A stretch of 64,000 nt of DNA from Collinsella sp. (GCA_019424905.1 JAHYYP010000001.1:26614-90613), one strand, 5' to 3'; positions 20,691 through 32,571 are shown, numbered from the stretch's first letter. Numbers and translations are program-made. Notes: generated from the letters alone by a model not told the origin.

Positions 20691-21137
20691 GTTAAATGCG
20701 AAAGTCAGTATACACGAGGAATCGCAAAGTGCAAACAGAAAAGTTGGCATTTTTTAAAGCGCTTGACCGCGCTTGGCGTTGCAGTGGGGTTTGAGGTACC
20801 AAAAAACGCCTTCCGACCAGCGTGGTTGATTAACTCAATTGTTCAAAAGGGGTATTCATAAGTGACTCGGCAATGAATTTAAAAATCTTTGGGTGGTGCT
20901 GTGAGCCACTGGTATGTATTTTGCGACCACAACCATGCGCCCGCTGACCTGCGACTTAACCCAGTTTGTCCCCGTGGCACCGTATCTTGTCCACAAATCC
21001 GTCAAGTTCTTGGTCGGCATTTGGTTAGAACGCGCATGAAGTGCTGTGTAAGCATGGGCATATGTGGAGGTCATGAGGTTGTAGCTGCATATTCTTGCAG
21101 CCTAGGAGGTTGAAAGATATTATTACCAAGTCTTTTC

Positions 21138-21192
21138 CTGCTTCAGGCGCACCTTCACGACCTGAAGCCACATTTGCCCAGAGGAGGTGACA
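21138..21192 (+). promoter_or_regulatory. Putative S6:S18 autoregulatory leader
   Basis: GCTTCAGG...CCTGAAGC hairpin, then TTGCCC-AGA-GGAGGTG at the rpsF RBS; position fits S6:S18 leaders. Confidence 0.4.
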
Positions 21193-21194
21193 AT

Positions 21195-21488
21195 ATGAAG
21201 GCTTATGAACTGCTGTTCTTTGTTGACCCGTCGCTCGACCCCGAGACTCGTCTCGCTGTTATGAAGCGTATCGATACCACGATCGCTGAGGGCGCTGGCA
21301 AGGTCGACTCCGTTGACGAGTGGGGCAAGCGCAAGCTCGCCTACGAGATCAACGACCTCACCGATGGTGACTACACCCTCATCAACTTCCACGCAGATCC
21401 TACCCAGATCGCCGAGCTTGATCGCGTCCTGCGCATCACCGACGCTGTGGTCCGCCACATGATCGTCCGTCGCGACGACCAGGAGTAA
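21195..21488 (+). CDS. rpsF: 30S ribosomal protein S6
   Basis: MKAYEL, WGKRKLAYEI, VVRHMIVR. Confidence 0.97.
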   Translation: MKAYELLFFVDPSLDPETRLAVMKRIDTTIAEGAGKVDSVDEWGKRKLAYEINDLTDGDYTLINFHADPTQIAELDRVLRITDAVVRHMIVRRDDQE

Positions 21489-21536
21489 GACTGTCGTTTT
21501 GGACTGGGCTTGTGCCCCAAGAGGAAGTAGTGAGTT

Positions 21537-21989
21537 ATGAGCATCAATCGAGTGAACATCACCGGTAACCTCACCCGCGATCCCGAGCTGCGCGCCACCG
21601 CCGGCGGAACCCAGGTTCTGTCCTTTGGCGTCGCCGTCAACGATCGTCGCCGTAACGCGCAGACTGGCGAGTGGGAGGACTATCCCAACTTTGTCGACTG
21701 CACTATGTTCGGCACCCGCGCCGAGGCCGTGAGCCGTTTCCTGGCAAAGGGAAACAAGGTCGCGATCGAGGGCAAGCTGCGCTACAGCTCTTGGGAGCGC
21801 GACGGCCAGCGCCGGAGCAAGCTTGAGGTCATCGTCGATGAGATCGAGTTTATGAGCTCCCGTGGTGGCCAGGGTGGCTACGATCAGGGCGGTTACGCCC
21901 CCGCAGCTCCCGCGCCCGCAGCACGTCCTGCCGCACCGGTGGCCACACCTCCCGCGGTCGACGTCTACGATGAGGACATCCCGTTCTAA
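21537..21989 (+). CDS. ssb: Single-stranded DNA-binding protein
   Basis: NRVNITGNLTRDPELR; acidic DEDIPF tail. Confidence 0.98.
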   Translation: MSINRVNITGNLTRDPELRATAGGTQVLSFGVAVNDRRRNAQTGEWEDYPNFVDCTMFGTRAEAVSRFLAKGNKVAIEGKLRYSSWERDGQRRSKLEVIVDEIEFMSSRGGQGGYDQGGYAPAAPAPAARPAAPVATPPAVDVYDEDIPF

Positions 21990-22060
21990 GGGTGTTCACC
22001 TATTTTTGAGTGAGAGGCGGCTTCGGTTCGCCGAAGTTGCCAAATGAAAGGTATTTTGAC

Positions 22061-22327
22061 ATGGCTAATGATTTTTCTGCACGTCAGCCGCGTCGTAAGT
22101 ACTGCCAGTTCTGCAAGGAGAACACTGAGTTCATCGACTATAAGGACACTCAGCTTCTCCGTAAGTACATGACCGACCGTGGCAAGATCAAGCCCCGTCG
22201 CGTCACTGGCGCTTGCACGCAGCATCAGCATGACATCGCCAACGCCATCAAGCGCGCCCGCGAGATGGCTCTCCTGCCGTACACCGTCCCCGTGGTTTCC
22301 TCTCGTGGCAACCGCGACCGCGGCTAA
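22061..22327 (+). CDS. rpsR: 30S ribosomal protein S18 (Zn-binding type)
   Basis: [38 protein letters not shown]. Confidence 0.97.
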   Translation: MANDFSARQPRRKYCQFCKENTEFIDYKDTQLLRKYMTDRGKIKPRRVTGACTQHQHDIANAIKRAREMALLPYTVPVVSSRGNRDRG

Positions 22328-22342
22328 GAAGGGAGACGCATC

Positions 22343-22882
22343 ATGAAGGTTATTCTTCTCGATGAGATCAAGGGCAAGGGCGGCGAGGGTGACGTCGTAG
22401 AGGTCGCTCAGGGTTACGCTGAGAACTTCCTGTTCCCCAAGAAGCTCGCTGTTGCCGCCACCAAGGGCAACCTCAAGCAGCTTGACGAGCGTCGCAACAA
22501 CATCGCCAAGCGCGAGGCCGTCCGTCTGGCTACCGCCAAGGAGACCAAGGCTGCCTTCGAGGGCAAGACGGTCACCGTTGACGTCAAGGTCGGCGACGAG
22601 GGCATCCTCTTTGGCTCCGTTACCGCCGCTATGATCGCTGACGCCATCAAGGCTCAGCTCGGTATGGACATCGACCGCAAGCGCGTCGAGCTCGGTAAGC
22701 CCATCAAGGTTGCCGGTGCCCACACCGTTGCCATCTCGCTGTACCGCGAGATCAAGGCCGAGGTTGTCGTTCTCGTCGGCGTTACCGCCGAGGAGCTCGC
22801 TGCCGAGGCTGAGGTCGAGGAGGCCGCTGAGGTCGCCGAGGCCGAGACCGCCGAGGTCGAGACTGAGGCTGCTGCCGAGTAG
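22343..22882 (+). CDS. rplI: 50S ribosomal protein L9
   Basis: MKVILL...G..GDVVEVAQGYAENFL, LFGSVT. Confidence 0.97.
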   Translation: MKVILLDEIKGKGGEGDVVEVAQGYAENFLFPKKLAVAATKGNLKQLDERRNNIAKREAVRLATAKETKAAFEGKTVTVDVKVGDEGILFGSVTAAMIADAIKAQLGMDIDRKRVELGKPIKVAGAHTVAISLYREIKAEVVVLVGVTAEELAAEAEVEEAAEVAEAETAEVETEAAAE

Positions 22883-22914
22883 CATTTGCTGCAACGCAAC
22901 AATCTTGTTCTAAG

Positions 22915-22950
22915 AAGGGCGCTCTGGGAAACCAGGGCGCCCTTTTGTTT
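22915..22950 (+). terminator. Terminator after rplI
   Basis: AAGGGCGCTCTGG-GAAA-CCAGGGCGCCCTTTTGTTT. Confidence 0.8.
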
Positions 22951-23107
22951 TTTTGCGCTGAGTGAGTGTCATGGTGAACGTTGCGTCGAAGTCCTATATA
23001 CAGGACCGTTCATCCGTTTGGTTCGGTGATGATTGGCGGCGCGCGGCGCGTTTTGGGACCGTGGCTGATACTATGGATGCTCGCAAGCGATATGAATGAG
23101 GATGCTC

Positions 23108-24499
23108 ATGGCATATGACGATAGGGAGACCGGGCTGACGGTTGAGGACCGCGGCTCAAAGTTGGGTCTTCCCCAAAACCAAGATGCAGAGGCCAATGTA
23201 CTGGCCGCTATGCTGCTATCGCCCGAGGTGGTCGAAGAGGCCCAGGTCGAGCTGCAGCCCGATGACTTCTACCGGCCCATTCATAAGACCATCTATACCG
23301 CGATGGTCGATATGTACAACAGCCGCATTCCCATCGACTCCATCTCGCTGATCGATTATCTGCGAAGCATCAACAAGCTCGATGCCGTGGGCGGCGAAGC
23401 GTATATTTTGGAGTTGATGGGTCAGACCCTGTCGCTCGTCAACTGGCAGCACCATGCCGCCATCGTTCGCCGCGATTCGATGCTGCGTGAGCTGATCGGC
23501 GCCACCAACGAGATCAACGCGCTGGCATATAACGCCCCCACCGACACCAAAGAGGTTGTCGAGCTGGCCGAGAGCAAGCTGCTCAAGGTTACGGCGCGCG
23601 AGGTCAAGTCGAGCTACAAGACGCTGACCGAGTTTATGGTCGAGGCCTATAACGAGGCCGAGGAAGTGTGCCAGGCCGGTGGCCAGGCTGCGGGCGTGCC
23701 CACGGGCTTCCCGTCGCTCGACCGCATGCTCATGGGTTTTCGCGAGGGCCAGCTCATCATCATCGGCGCCCGTCCTGCTGTGGGTAAGACGTCGTTCGCT
23801 CTGAATCTGGCGCTCAACGCTGCCGCTGCTGGTTATACCGTCGGCTTCTTCTCGCTGGAGATGTCGGGCAAGGAAATTGCCCAGCGTCTGATTTGCGCCT
23901 ATGCCATGATCTCGATCAGTGATTTCCGCATGGGCCGCATTAGCCCCGAGCAGTGGGCCAATATCAACGAGGCCACGCAGACCTTATCCAAGCTGGATAT
24001 TCTGATTGACGATACGCCCGGCACCACAGTGACCGAGATTCGCGCCAAGAGCCGTCGCATGCTCCATAACAAGGAGAAGGCCATCATCATCCTGGACTAC
24101 CTGCAGCTGGTGAGTCCTCCGCCGGGACGCCGCTCCGAGAGCCGTACCGTCGAGGTTTCGGAGATGTCGCGTGGTCTGAAGATCATGGCCAAGGAGCTCA
24201 AGATCCCACTCATCGCGCTGTCGCAGCTCTCGCGTCAGGTCGAATCCCGTACCGGCAAGCGCCCGCAGCTTTCCGACCTTCGTGAATCGGGCTCCATCGA
24301 GCAGGACGCCGATATCGTTATGTTCTTGGACCGCTCCGCGGACGAGGCCGAGGCCTCGCGCGACGATCGACCCGACGAGGGCGTTACGCGTATCGTCGTG
24401 GCCAAGAACCGTTCGGGCCCGATCGGCGACGTCGACCTGATGTTCCTGCCGGCATCCACCAAGTTCTATGAGCTTGATGGGGCACATGCCGAGGAGTAG
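23108..24499 (+). CDS. dnaB: Replicative DNA helicase DnaB (no intein)
   Basis: GARPAVGKT, FSLEM, DYLQL, SQLSR, DLRESGSIEQDAD, KNRSGP. Confidence 0.97.
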   Translation: MAYDDRETGLTVEDRGSKLGLPQNQDAEANVLAAMLLSPEVVEEAQVELQPDDFYRPIHKTIYTAMVDMYNSRIPIDSISLIDYLRSINKLDAVGGEAYILELMGQTLSLVNWQHHAAIVRRDSMLRELIGATNEINALAYNAPTDTKEVVELAESKLLKVTAREVKSSYKTLTEFMVEAYNEAEEVCQAGGQAAGVPTGFPSLDRMLMGFREGQLIIIGARPAVGKTSFALNLALNAAAAGYTVGFFSLEMSGKEIAQRLICAYAMISISDFRMGRISPEQWANINEATQTLSKLDILIDDTPGTTVTEIRAKSRRMLHNKEKAIIILDYLQLVSPPPGRRSESRTVEVSEMSRGLKIMAKELKIPLIALSQLSRQVESRTGKRPQLSDLRESGSIEQDADIVMFLDRSADEAEASRDDRPDEGVTRIVVAKNRSGPIGDVDLMFLPASTKFYELDGAHAEE

Positions 24500-24583
24500 G
24501 ACAGGCGCCCGTTGCACGGGTATACTGGGAATGTTTTGTGCTTCTGCGTGCCGGCGTGGCGCGTAGACAGGCCATGAATGTAA

Positions 24584-25879
<1,296 letters not shown>

Positions 25880-25997
25880 TCGGGACTATTTGGTTATTGC
25901 GATATACCCCTTTGCAGCCCGGGTGGGCGGCCGAGGGGTATATTTGCTTGCAAGGGGCTCGCGCGGAGCGGGCCATTCATCCATAGAGGAGGCACCC

Positions 25998-27302
25998 TTG
26001 AAGGCGGACACTCAAACCATCGACATCCTGTTGTTGGGCAGCGGCGGCCGTGAGCATGCTTTGGCAGCCAAGCTCGCAGCATCACCGCGCGCCGGCAAGC
26101 TCTACATCGCGCCGGGCAACGGCGGCACCGCGAGCTGCGGCGAGAACGTTGTTCTCGACGACTGCGATCCTGCGGCCGTGGCGGCGTTTGCGCAGAGCCA
26201 CGGATGCGGACTCGTGGTAATTGGCCCCGAGGCTCCGCTCGTGGCGGGCGTGGCCGACGCCGTGCGCGCGGCGGGTATTCCCTGCTTTGGCCCGGGTGCC
26301 GAGGGCGCCCAGATGGAGGGCTCCAAGCTGTTCTCCAAGCAGCTCATGGAGCGTGCGGGCATTCCGACGGCAGCCTACGGCTCGTTTACCGACGAGGCTT
26401 CGGCTCTCGCCTACGTACGCGAGCAAGGCGCCCCGCTGGTCGTCAAGGCCGACGGCCTTGCCGCAGGCAAGGGCGTTATCGTGGCGACCGAACTTGAGCA
26501 GGCCGAGGAGGCCGTGCGCGAGTGCTTTGGCGGCACCTTTGGCGATGCCGGCAACACCGTGGTTATCGAGGAGATGCTCGTTGGTCCCGAGTGCTCGCTG
26601 CTGGCCTTTACCGACGGCAAGACCGTGCGCCCCATGGCCACCTCGCAGGACCACAAGCGCGCGCTTGAGGGCGACCTTGGTCCCAACACCGGCGGCATGG
26701 GCGTCTACAGCCCGGTGCCCATCGTGACTGACGAGGAGCACGCCACCATGGTGAAGGTCATGGAGCAGACCGTGGCCGAGCTCGCTGCCGAGGGTATCGA
26801 CTACCGCGGCTGCCTGTACGGCGGCTTTATGCTCACGCCTGCCGGCCCCAAGGTGCTGGAGTTCAATGCCCGCTTTGGCGACCCCGAGACGCAGGTCGTT
26901 CTGCCGCGCCTTAAGAACGACCTGGTCGAGGTCATGCTCGCCTGCGCCAACTGCGAGCTCGATCAGATTGAACTCGACTGGCGCGACGAGTGGGCCGTGG
27001 CCGTTGTCCTGACGAGTGCGGGTTATCCCGGCAGCTACGAGAAAGGCAAGGTCATTACCGGTATCGCCGATGCCGAGGCCATGGAGAACGTGACCGTGTA
27101 CCACGCGGGCACTGCCGTGGTGGACGGCCAGCTCGTGACCAATGGTGGCCGCGTGCTTGCCGTGACCGCGCTGGGCGATACGTTTGAGAACGCCCGCAAC
27201 CTTGCCTACGAGGCCTGCGAGAAGATTGATTTTGAGGGCAAGACCCTGCGTCACGACATCGGCCTGCGCGCGCTGCGCGGCCGCGACGCCTGGGATGCCT
27301 AA
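25998..27302 (+). CDS. purD: Phosphoribosylamine-glycine ligase
   Basis: [40 protein letters not shown] start after GGAGG. Confidence 0.96.
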   Translation: MKADTQTIDILLLGSGGREHALAAKLAASPRAGKLYIAPGNGGTASCGENVVLDDCDPAAVAAFAQSHGCGLVVIGPEAPLVAGVADAVRAAGIPCFGPGAEGAQMEGSKLFSKQLMERAGIPTAAYGSFTDEASALAYVREQGAPLVVKADGLAAGKGVIVATELEQAEEAVRECFGGTFGDAGNTVVIEEMLVGPECSLLAFTDGKTVRPMATSQDHKRALEGDLGPNTGGMGVYSPVPIVTDEEHATMVKVMEQTVAELAAEGIDYRGCLYGGFMLTPAGPKVLEFNARFGDPETQVVLPRLKNDLVEVMLACANCELDQIELDWRDEWAVAVVLTSAGYPGSYEKGKVITGIADAEAMENVTVYHAGTAVVDGQLVTNGGRVLAVTALGDTFENARNLAYEACEKIDFEGKTLRHDIGLRALRGRDAWDA

Positions 27303-27314
27303 AATCCGAGAGGA

Positions 27315-28019
27315 ATGAGACGGATGGACGAGAAGAACGAAGAGCTCGTGGACGCGCAGATCGTCGAAGAGGACAGCCGCGTGTATGGGCACGCCGAGGG
27401 CGAGCCTGGTGGCGAGGTCGCTGACGAGCCGGCGCTGGTGCTGGGCGATGACGACCCGCACGATGCCGAGCTGCACGAGAAGATTCTTTCGGAGGAGTGC
27501 GCCTGGAAGGGCAAGATCCTCGACGTCCACCGTCTTGAGGTTGAGCTGCCCAACGGTCGCCGCAGCGCCCGCGATATCGTTCGCCATCCGGGTGCGGCGG
27601 CTGTTGTGGCACTGACCGAGAGCGGCAAGATCGTACTGGTGCGTCAGTACCGCACCGCCATCGACCGCGTGACGGTCGAGATTCCCGCCGGCAAGCTCGA
27701 TCCAGGCGAGGACCCGCTCGATTGCGCCAAGCGCGAGCTGCATGAGGAGACGGGCTTTAGGGCTGGTCGCATTCGCTTTTTGACGTCGATTGTCACGTCC
27801 TGTGGTTTTTGCGATGAGATTATCCACATCTACTTGGCTACCAAGCTCGAGTTTGATGCGCCCAACCCCGATGATGACGAGTTTGTCAACGTGGACCTGG
27901 TGCCGCTGCACGAGCTGATCGACGCCGTACTCGACGGCAAGATCGAAGACGCCAAGACCGTCGTGGGCGCCTTGGCCTGCGACAGCATCGCACACCGCCT
28001 TGGGGGCACGGAGCTTTAA
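27315..28019 (+). CDS. NUDIX hydrolase (ADP-ribose pyrophosphatase-like)
   Basis: Nudix box GKLDPGEDPLDCAKRELHEETG; LVRQYR; IEDAKT. Confidence 0.9.
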   Translation: MRRMDEKNEELVDAQIVEEDSRVYGHAEGEPGGEVADEPALVLGDDDPHDAELHEKILSEECAWKGKILDVHRLEVELPNGRRSARDIVRHPGAAAVVALTESGKIVLVRQYRTAIDRVTVEIPAGKLDPGEDPLDCAKRELHEETGFRAGRIRFLTSIVTSCGFCDEIIHIYLATKLEFDAPNPDDDEFVNVDLVPLHELIDAVLDGKIEDAKTVVGALACDSIAHRLGGTEL

Positions 28020-28101
28020 CGAGTGGGGATAGCCCTGGGACAAGTACTACTGATTGCTTTGTCCCAGGGCCTTACGTTGCTGATATTTCTTTGAGGATCA
28101 C

Positions 28102-29874
28102 ATGCTGAAGAGGTTTCTTTCGTATTACGAGCCCCAGATGGGGCTTTTTGTTGCTGATACTGTTTGCGCTCTGGTGCTTGCCGCCATTGACCTGGCGTTC
28201 CCCATTATCCTGCGTAATTTGACCGGTGGGCTATTTACTCAGGGTCAGGCTGCCATTATGCAGGCGCTCGGCATGATCGCGGTGGGCTTGGTGCTGATGT
28301 ATGCCGTCCGCTGCGCCTGCCGCTACTTTGTGAGCTATTGGGGCCACGTGATGGGCGCGCGCATGGAGTCCAAAATGCGCGAGGACCTGTTCGACCAGTA
28401 TGAGCGCTTTAGCTTTGCGTACTTCGACCGCAACAGCTCGGGTGACATGATGAGCCGCGTGGTCAACGACCTGTTCGATATCTGCGAGGCGGCGCATCAC
28501 GTACCCGAGTGGATCATCATCTGCGGCATCGAGATTATCGGCTCGTTTGTGATCCTCTTTACCATCGCCCCGGTGCTCGCGCTCGCCATGGCCGTGGTGA
28601 CGGCGGCGTTTGCGGTCGTCATGTTTTGGCAGAACATGCGCATGCGCGAGGTTTTTAGCGACAACCGCAAAAAGATCAGCGGCATCAATGCGCAGCTGCA
28701 GGATTCGCTGGCGGGCATGCGCGTGGTCAAGAGCTTTGCCAATGAGGAGACCGAACGCTTCAAGTTCCGCGCCTCCAACAATCGCTATCTTTCGTCCAAG
28801 GAGAACATGTATCACGCCATGGGCGTCTATACCGCGACGTATGGCCTGCTCTCGGGTGTGCTCTATGTGATCGTGGTGCTGCTGGGCGGCTGGCTGGTCG
28901 CCCAGGGACAGCTGCAGGCGGTCGATATGGCGACCTTTGCACTCTATATTTCGCTGTTCTGCACGCCGCTCGAGACGCTCGTCAATTCGGCCGAAACGTA
29001 TCAGAAGGCCATCGCCGGCTTTAAGCGTATGGACGAGGTACTCTCGACTGCCCCGGATATCCAGGACAAGCCGGGCGCCACGGATCTGCGGGTGACCGCC
29101 GGCGCCGTGGAGTATCACGACGTGTGCTTTAGCTACGAGGATGTTGAGTTGGGCGAGGGCGGCGCCGACGGACGCCCTGTTATCGACCATATGAATCTGT
29201 CCATCAAGCCCGGCCAGACCATCGCGCTGGTTGGACCCTCGGGCGGCGGCAAGTCCACGACCTGTTCGCTGCTGCCGCGCTTTTATGACGTGGCTGCCGG
29301 ATCCATTAGCATCGACGGTCAGGACGTGCGCGATGTGACGCAGCAGAGCCTGCGCCGCGCCATCGGCCTGGTGCAGCAGGATGTCTATCTGTTTGACGGT
29401 ACGATTGGCGAGAACATCGCCTACGGCAAGCCGGGCGCTACGGCGGAAGAGATCGCCGAGGCCGCCCGTCGCGCCAACATCGATGCCTTTATCGAGTCGC
29501 TTCCACAGGGCTATGACACGGTCGTGGGCGAGCGCGGCAGCCGTCTTTCGGGCGGACAGAAGCAGCGTGTTGCCATCGCGCGCGTGTTTCTCAAGAATCC
29601 CAAGATCCTGATTTTAGACGAGGCGACGAGTGCTTTGGATAACGAGAGCGAGGAGGCGGTGCAGGAGTCGCTCGAAGAGCTGGCACGCGGCCGCACCACG
29701 ATTATCATCGCCCACCGTCTTTCGACCATTAAGCATGCCGATGAGATTGCGACCGTTGAGCATGGTCGCGTTGTGGAGCGTGGCACGCACGAGGAGCTTC
29801 TCGCCCGTGGCGGCACCTATGCCCGTTACTATCGAATGCAGTTCGAAGGTGCGCGTGCGCACGAGCTCGACTGA
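28102..29874 (+). CDS. ABC exporter, fused permease/ATPase
   Basis: Six TM segments; GPSGGGKS, LSGGQKQR, ILDEATSALD. Confidence 0.95.
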   Translation: MLKRFLSYYEPQMGLFVADTVCALVLAAIDLAFPIILRNLTGGLFTQGQAAIMQALGMIAVGLVLMYAVRCACRYFVSYWGHVMGARMESKMREDLFDQYERFSFAYFDRNSSGDMMSRVVNDLFDICEAAHHVPEWIIICGIEIIGSFVILFTIAPVLALAMAVVTAAFAVVMFWQNMRMREVFSDNRKKISGINAQLQDSLAGMRVVKSFANEETERFKFRASNNRYLSSKENMYHAMGVYTATYGLLSGVLYVIVVLLGGWLVAQGQLQAVDMATFALYISLFCTPLETLVNSAETYQKAIAGFKRMDEVLSTAPDIQDKPGATDLRVTAGAVEYHDVCFSYEDVELGEGGADGRPVIDHMNLSIKPGQTIALVGPSGGGKSTTCSLLPRFYDVAAGSISIDGQDVRDVTQQSLRRAIGLVQQDVYLFDGTIGENIAYGKPGATAEEIAEAARRANIDAFIESLPQGYDTVVGERGSRLSGGQKQRVAIARVFLKNPKILILDEATSALDNESEEAVQESLEELARGRTTIIIAHRLSTIKHADEIATVEHGRVVERGTHEELLARGGTYARYYRMQFEGARAHELD

Positions 29875-29893
29875 TTGATATGACAGGAAGTTT

Positions 29894-30859
29894 ATGGCTG
29901 ACAAGAACCCTTTGACTCCGGAAGAAGTGACGGAGTTATTCTCCGAAATCGATGCATCCGGCGTCTTGGATCCTACGCTCGCCAAAAAGCGTACCGAGCG
30001 CATGCGCGAGAAAGAGGCCGCCGTCAAGCGCGGTGACAAAGCGGCGCTAGCGCAGCTGCGCAGCGAGGACCGCGCGAGCCAGGCAAAACATATCGACCCG
30101 CTGTCCGAGGACGATCCTTCGGGCTCGCAGGTGAGCCATACCATTACGAAGACCGCGATGGCCGTGGTCATCGGTATTTTGGTGCTGATCGTGGGCATGC
30201 AGATTGGCTACGGCGTGATGCGTCGCCTGAACACCGCCAACCTGTCCGAGAGCGTTTCGGTCGATACCGTTTCGACCGCGCTGAAGGGCGGCCTTGAGTG
30301 GGGCAATGGCTTTACGCAGTTCCCGCTCGATTTTACCGTCGATGAAGCCGATGAACGCACGGGCACGGTCGAGGTGACGGTGTTGGACACATCGTCTGCC
30401 AACGAGCTCGAGCTGCTGTCCAACGGGCAGATTCAGGCCGCGGCGCTTGCGACCAACGCGTTGCTCAACGATAAGATCGACCGCGTGGTGTATAACGTTC
30501 ACGCCTATATCGACGAGAATAGCAACATTCAGCACGATTCCTTCTTTGGCATGTTCCCCGCGCGCGGCCACCAGAGCGCCATTTTGACGTTCGTGTGGAC
30601 CAAGAGCTCATCCAACGCCACGAGTATCGACTGGAAGATGCGCATCGTGAGTATGGATGACACCATCGCCGAGCGCATTCAGAAGCAGGTGAACTCGGTG
30701 TCGTCGTTGATTGAGGACCCGGTGGTGAGCCAGACCAAGATTGACGAGGAAAAGGCCGAACGTGACCTGGAGCATCGTCTGCATGGCCGCGAGATTTTCC
30801 GCGGCGGCAAGCCCGATCGCACACCGTCCAAACTGCTGGAGCAGGATAAGAAAAAGTAA
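29894..30859 (+). CDS. Hypothetical single-pass membrane protein
   Basis: 321-aa ORF with one central TM helix. Confidence 0.75.
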   Translation: MADKNPLTPEEVTELFSEIDASGVLDPTLAKKRTERMREKEAAVKRGDKAALAQLRSEDRASQAKHIDPLSEDDPSGSQVSHTITKTAMAVVIGILVLIVGMQIGYGVMRRLNTANLSESVSVDTVSTALKGGLEWGNGFTQFPLDFTVDEADERTGTVEVTVLDTSSANELELLSNGQIQAAALATNALLNDKIDRVVYNVHAYIDENSNIQHDSFFGMFPARGHQSAILTFVWTKSSSNATSIDWKMRIVSMDDTIAERIQKQVNSVSSLIEDPVVSQTKIDEEKAERDLEHRLHGREIFRGGKPDRTPSKLLEQDKKK

Positions 30860-30930
30860 GACGTCATCATCCCGCGTGAGCCACAAGCCCCGCGGGATGA
30901 TTTTTAATCCTCGTCCTAGAAAAATCATTA

Positions 30931-30944
30931 TGCATAGAAAGTCA
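30931..30944. promoter_or_regulatory. Putative ArgR (ARG) box upstream of carA
   Basis: TGCATAGAAAGTCA resembles TGMATAWWWATKCA in an AT-rich promoter region. Confidence 0.4.
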
Positions 30945-31028
30945 TAATTATCATTTCGTAAACATTTCGATGAAATTAACGCCATGAGGCATGCTTACGG
31001 TTACAATACCGCGAGGCCTAACTACACA

Positions 31029-31059
31029 CCTTTAAGCCGGTCCTGTGAGACCGGGAAGG
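31029..31059 (+). promoter_or_regulatory. PyrR-binding RNA stem-loop overlapping the carA Shine-Dalgarno
   Basis: CCTTTAA-GCCGG-TCCTGTGAGA-CCGG-GAAGG matches the PyrR loop (CUUUAA...UCCNGNGAG). Confidence 0.75.
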
Positions 31060-31065
31060 AGAACT

Positions 31066-32571
31066 ATGGCGAACAACCATACCGCGGGCGCTGCCGCCCG
31101 CACCTTCGCGCCCAGCGAGCTTTGCCAGCGTATGCTGGCCAAAACCAGCAAGGGCACCTGTGGTCCCTGCATCCTGTATCTTGAGGATGGGACCATTTTT
31201 TATGGACGTGCATGCGGCGCCGAGGGCACCGCGACCGGCGAAGTCTGCTTCAACACCTCGCTCGAGGGCTACTTTGAGGTCATGACCGACCCGAGTTATG
31301 CCGGCCAAATCGTAACCATGACCTATCCGCAGATCGGCAATTACGGTATCGACGAGACCGACGTCCAGTCGGCCTTCCCCGGCGACGCCGTGCGCCCTGC
31401 GAGCGCTCCGGCTATGCGCGGCATGATCGTTCGCGACATGTGCGCCACGCCTTCTAACTGGCGCTCGGCCGTCAGCGTGCCGGAGTACCTGCGCGCTCAC
31501 GGCATCGTCGCTATCGAGGGTGTCGACACCCGCGCCCTGGTGCGCCATCTGCGCGATAATGGTTCCAAGATGGGCATTATCTCGACCGAGATCTTCGACG
31601 TCGACGAGCTTGCCGAGCGTCTGGCCGCAGCGCCCACGCTGGTAGGCGAGAACCTGGTCAAGACCGTGAGCTGCCCTGAGCCCCACGCCTTTGCCGCCGT
31701 CGACCTGCCTGCCACGCATGACTTTGCACTTGCGGCTGCCGCTCCTGCCCGTCACAAGGTGGTCGCCTACGACTGCGGTGTGAAGCGCGGTATTCTGGAG
31801 GGGCTGGTCCGCGCCGGCTGCGACCTTACCGTCGTGCCGTGGGATACGCCCGCCCAGCAGGTGCTCGACATGAATCCCGACGGTGTCTTTTTGTCCAATG
31901 GCCCCGGCGACCCCGACGCCGTGGTGGAGACCTACGAGCAGGTGCAGCAGCTGATCGGCAAGGTGCCGGTCTTTGGTATTTGTCTTGGTCACCAGATGAT
32001 CAGCCTGGCCTGCGGCGCCCAGATGGAAAAGCTTAAGTTCGGTCACCGCGGTGGCAACCAGCCGGTCATGAACCTGGTGAGCCGCCGCGTGGAGATCACC
32101 GCGCAAAACCACGGCTTTGGCCTGCTGTTCCCCAGTCTGGGCAAGCTTGTCCCCGAGCTTTCGGGCGGCGAGACCGAGCATGCGGCCGATGGAGATCTGC
32201 GCGCCTGGGTGCGCCGCGGAATCGCGCCGGTCGTGATGAACGAGCGCTTTGGTCGCATTCGCCTGACGCATGTGAACCTCAACGACGGCACCGCCGAGGG
32301 CATCCAGCTGCTCGACGCCCCGTGCTTCTCGGTCCAGTACCACCCCGAGGCTTCGCCTGGCCCCACCGATGCCCACTATCTCTTTACTGCCTTTACGCGA
32401 CTCATGGACGGCGAGGAGAACTACCTGGACATCGATCCCGCGAAGGACCGCCTTGCCGGCTGGAACTTTGCCGATAGTGGTTCCGCCGTTCTACCGAACG
32501 GCGGACCTGTCGACGCTGCGGCTGCATCTGGCACATCATCTTGCCGTTCTGCTTCGGACGCGCGGGCATAA
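31066..32571 (+). CDS. carA: Carbamoyl-phosphate synthase small subunit
   Basis: GEVCFNT, TDPSYAGQI, SNGPGDP, GICLGHQ, VQYHPEASPGP. Confidence 0.96.
   Translation: MANNHTAGAAARTFAPSELCQRMLAKTSKGTCGPCILYLEDGTIFYGRACGAEGTATGEVCFNTSLEGYFEVMTDPSYAGQIVTMTYPQIGNYGIDETDVQSAFPGDAVRPASAPAMRGMIVRDMCATPSNWRSAVSVPEYLRAHGIVAIEGVDTRALVRHLRDNGSKMGIISTEIFDVDELAERLAAAPTLVGENLVKTVSCPEPHAFAAVDLPATHDFALAAAAPARHKVVAYDCGVKRGILEGLVRAGCDLTVVPWDTPAQQVLDMNPDGVFLSNGPGDPDAVVETYEQVQQLIGKVPVFGICLGHQMISLACGAQMEKLKFGHRGGNQPVMNLVSRRVEITAQNHGFGLLFPSLGKLVPELSGGETEHAADGDLRAWVRRGIAPVVMNERFGRIRLTHVNLNDGTAEGIQLLDAPCFSVQYHPEASPGPTDAHYLFTAFTRLMDGEENYLDIDPAKDRLAGWNFADSGSAVLPNGGPVDAAAASGTSSCRSASDARA

Noticed and set aside
20405..20861. 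Small ORFs at 20405-20695 and 20637-20861
   Set aside because: They overlap tRNA-Ser genes on the opposite strand
20945..20953. Recurrent (T/C)(G/T)ACC(T/A)G(C/G) motif in intergenic regions (also 5983, 35987, 37114, 44788, 46752)
   Set aside because: Too short to judge enrichment by eye; noted because it may account for the CGCAGGTAGA part of the shared operator
23108..24499. Intein in DnaB (also checked GyrA and GyrB)
   Set aside because: Normal lengths and continuous motifs
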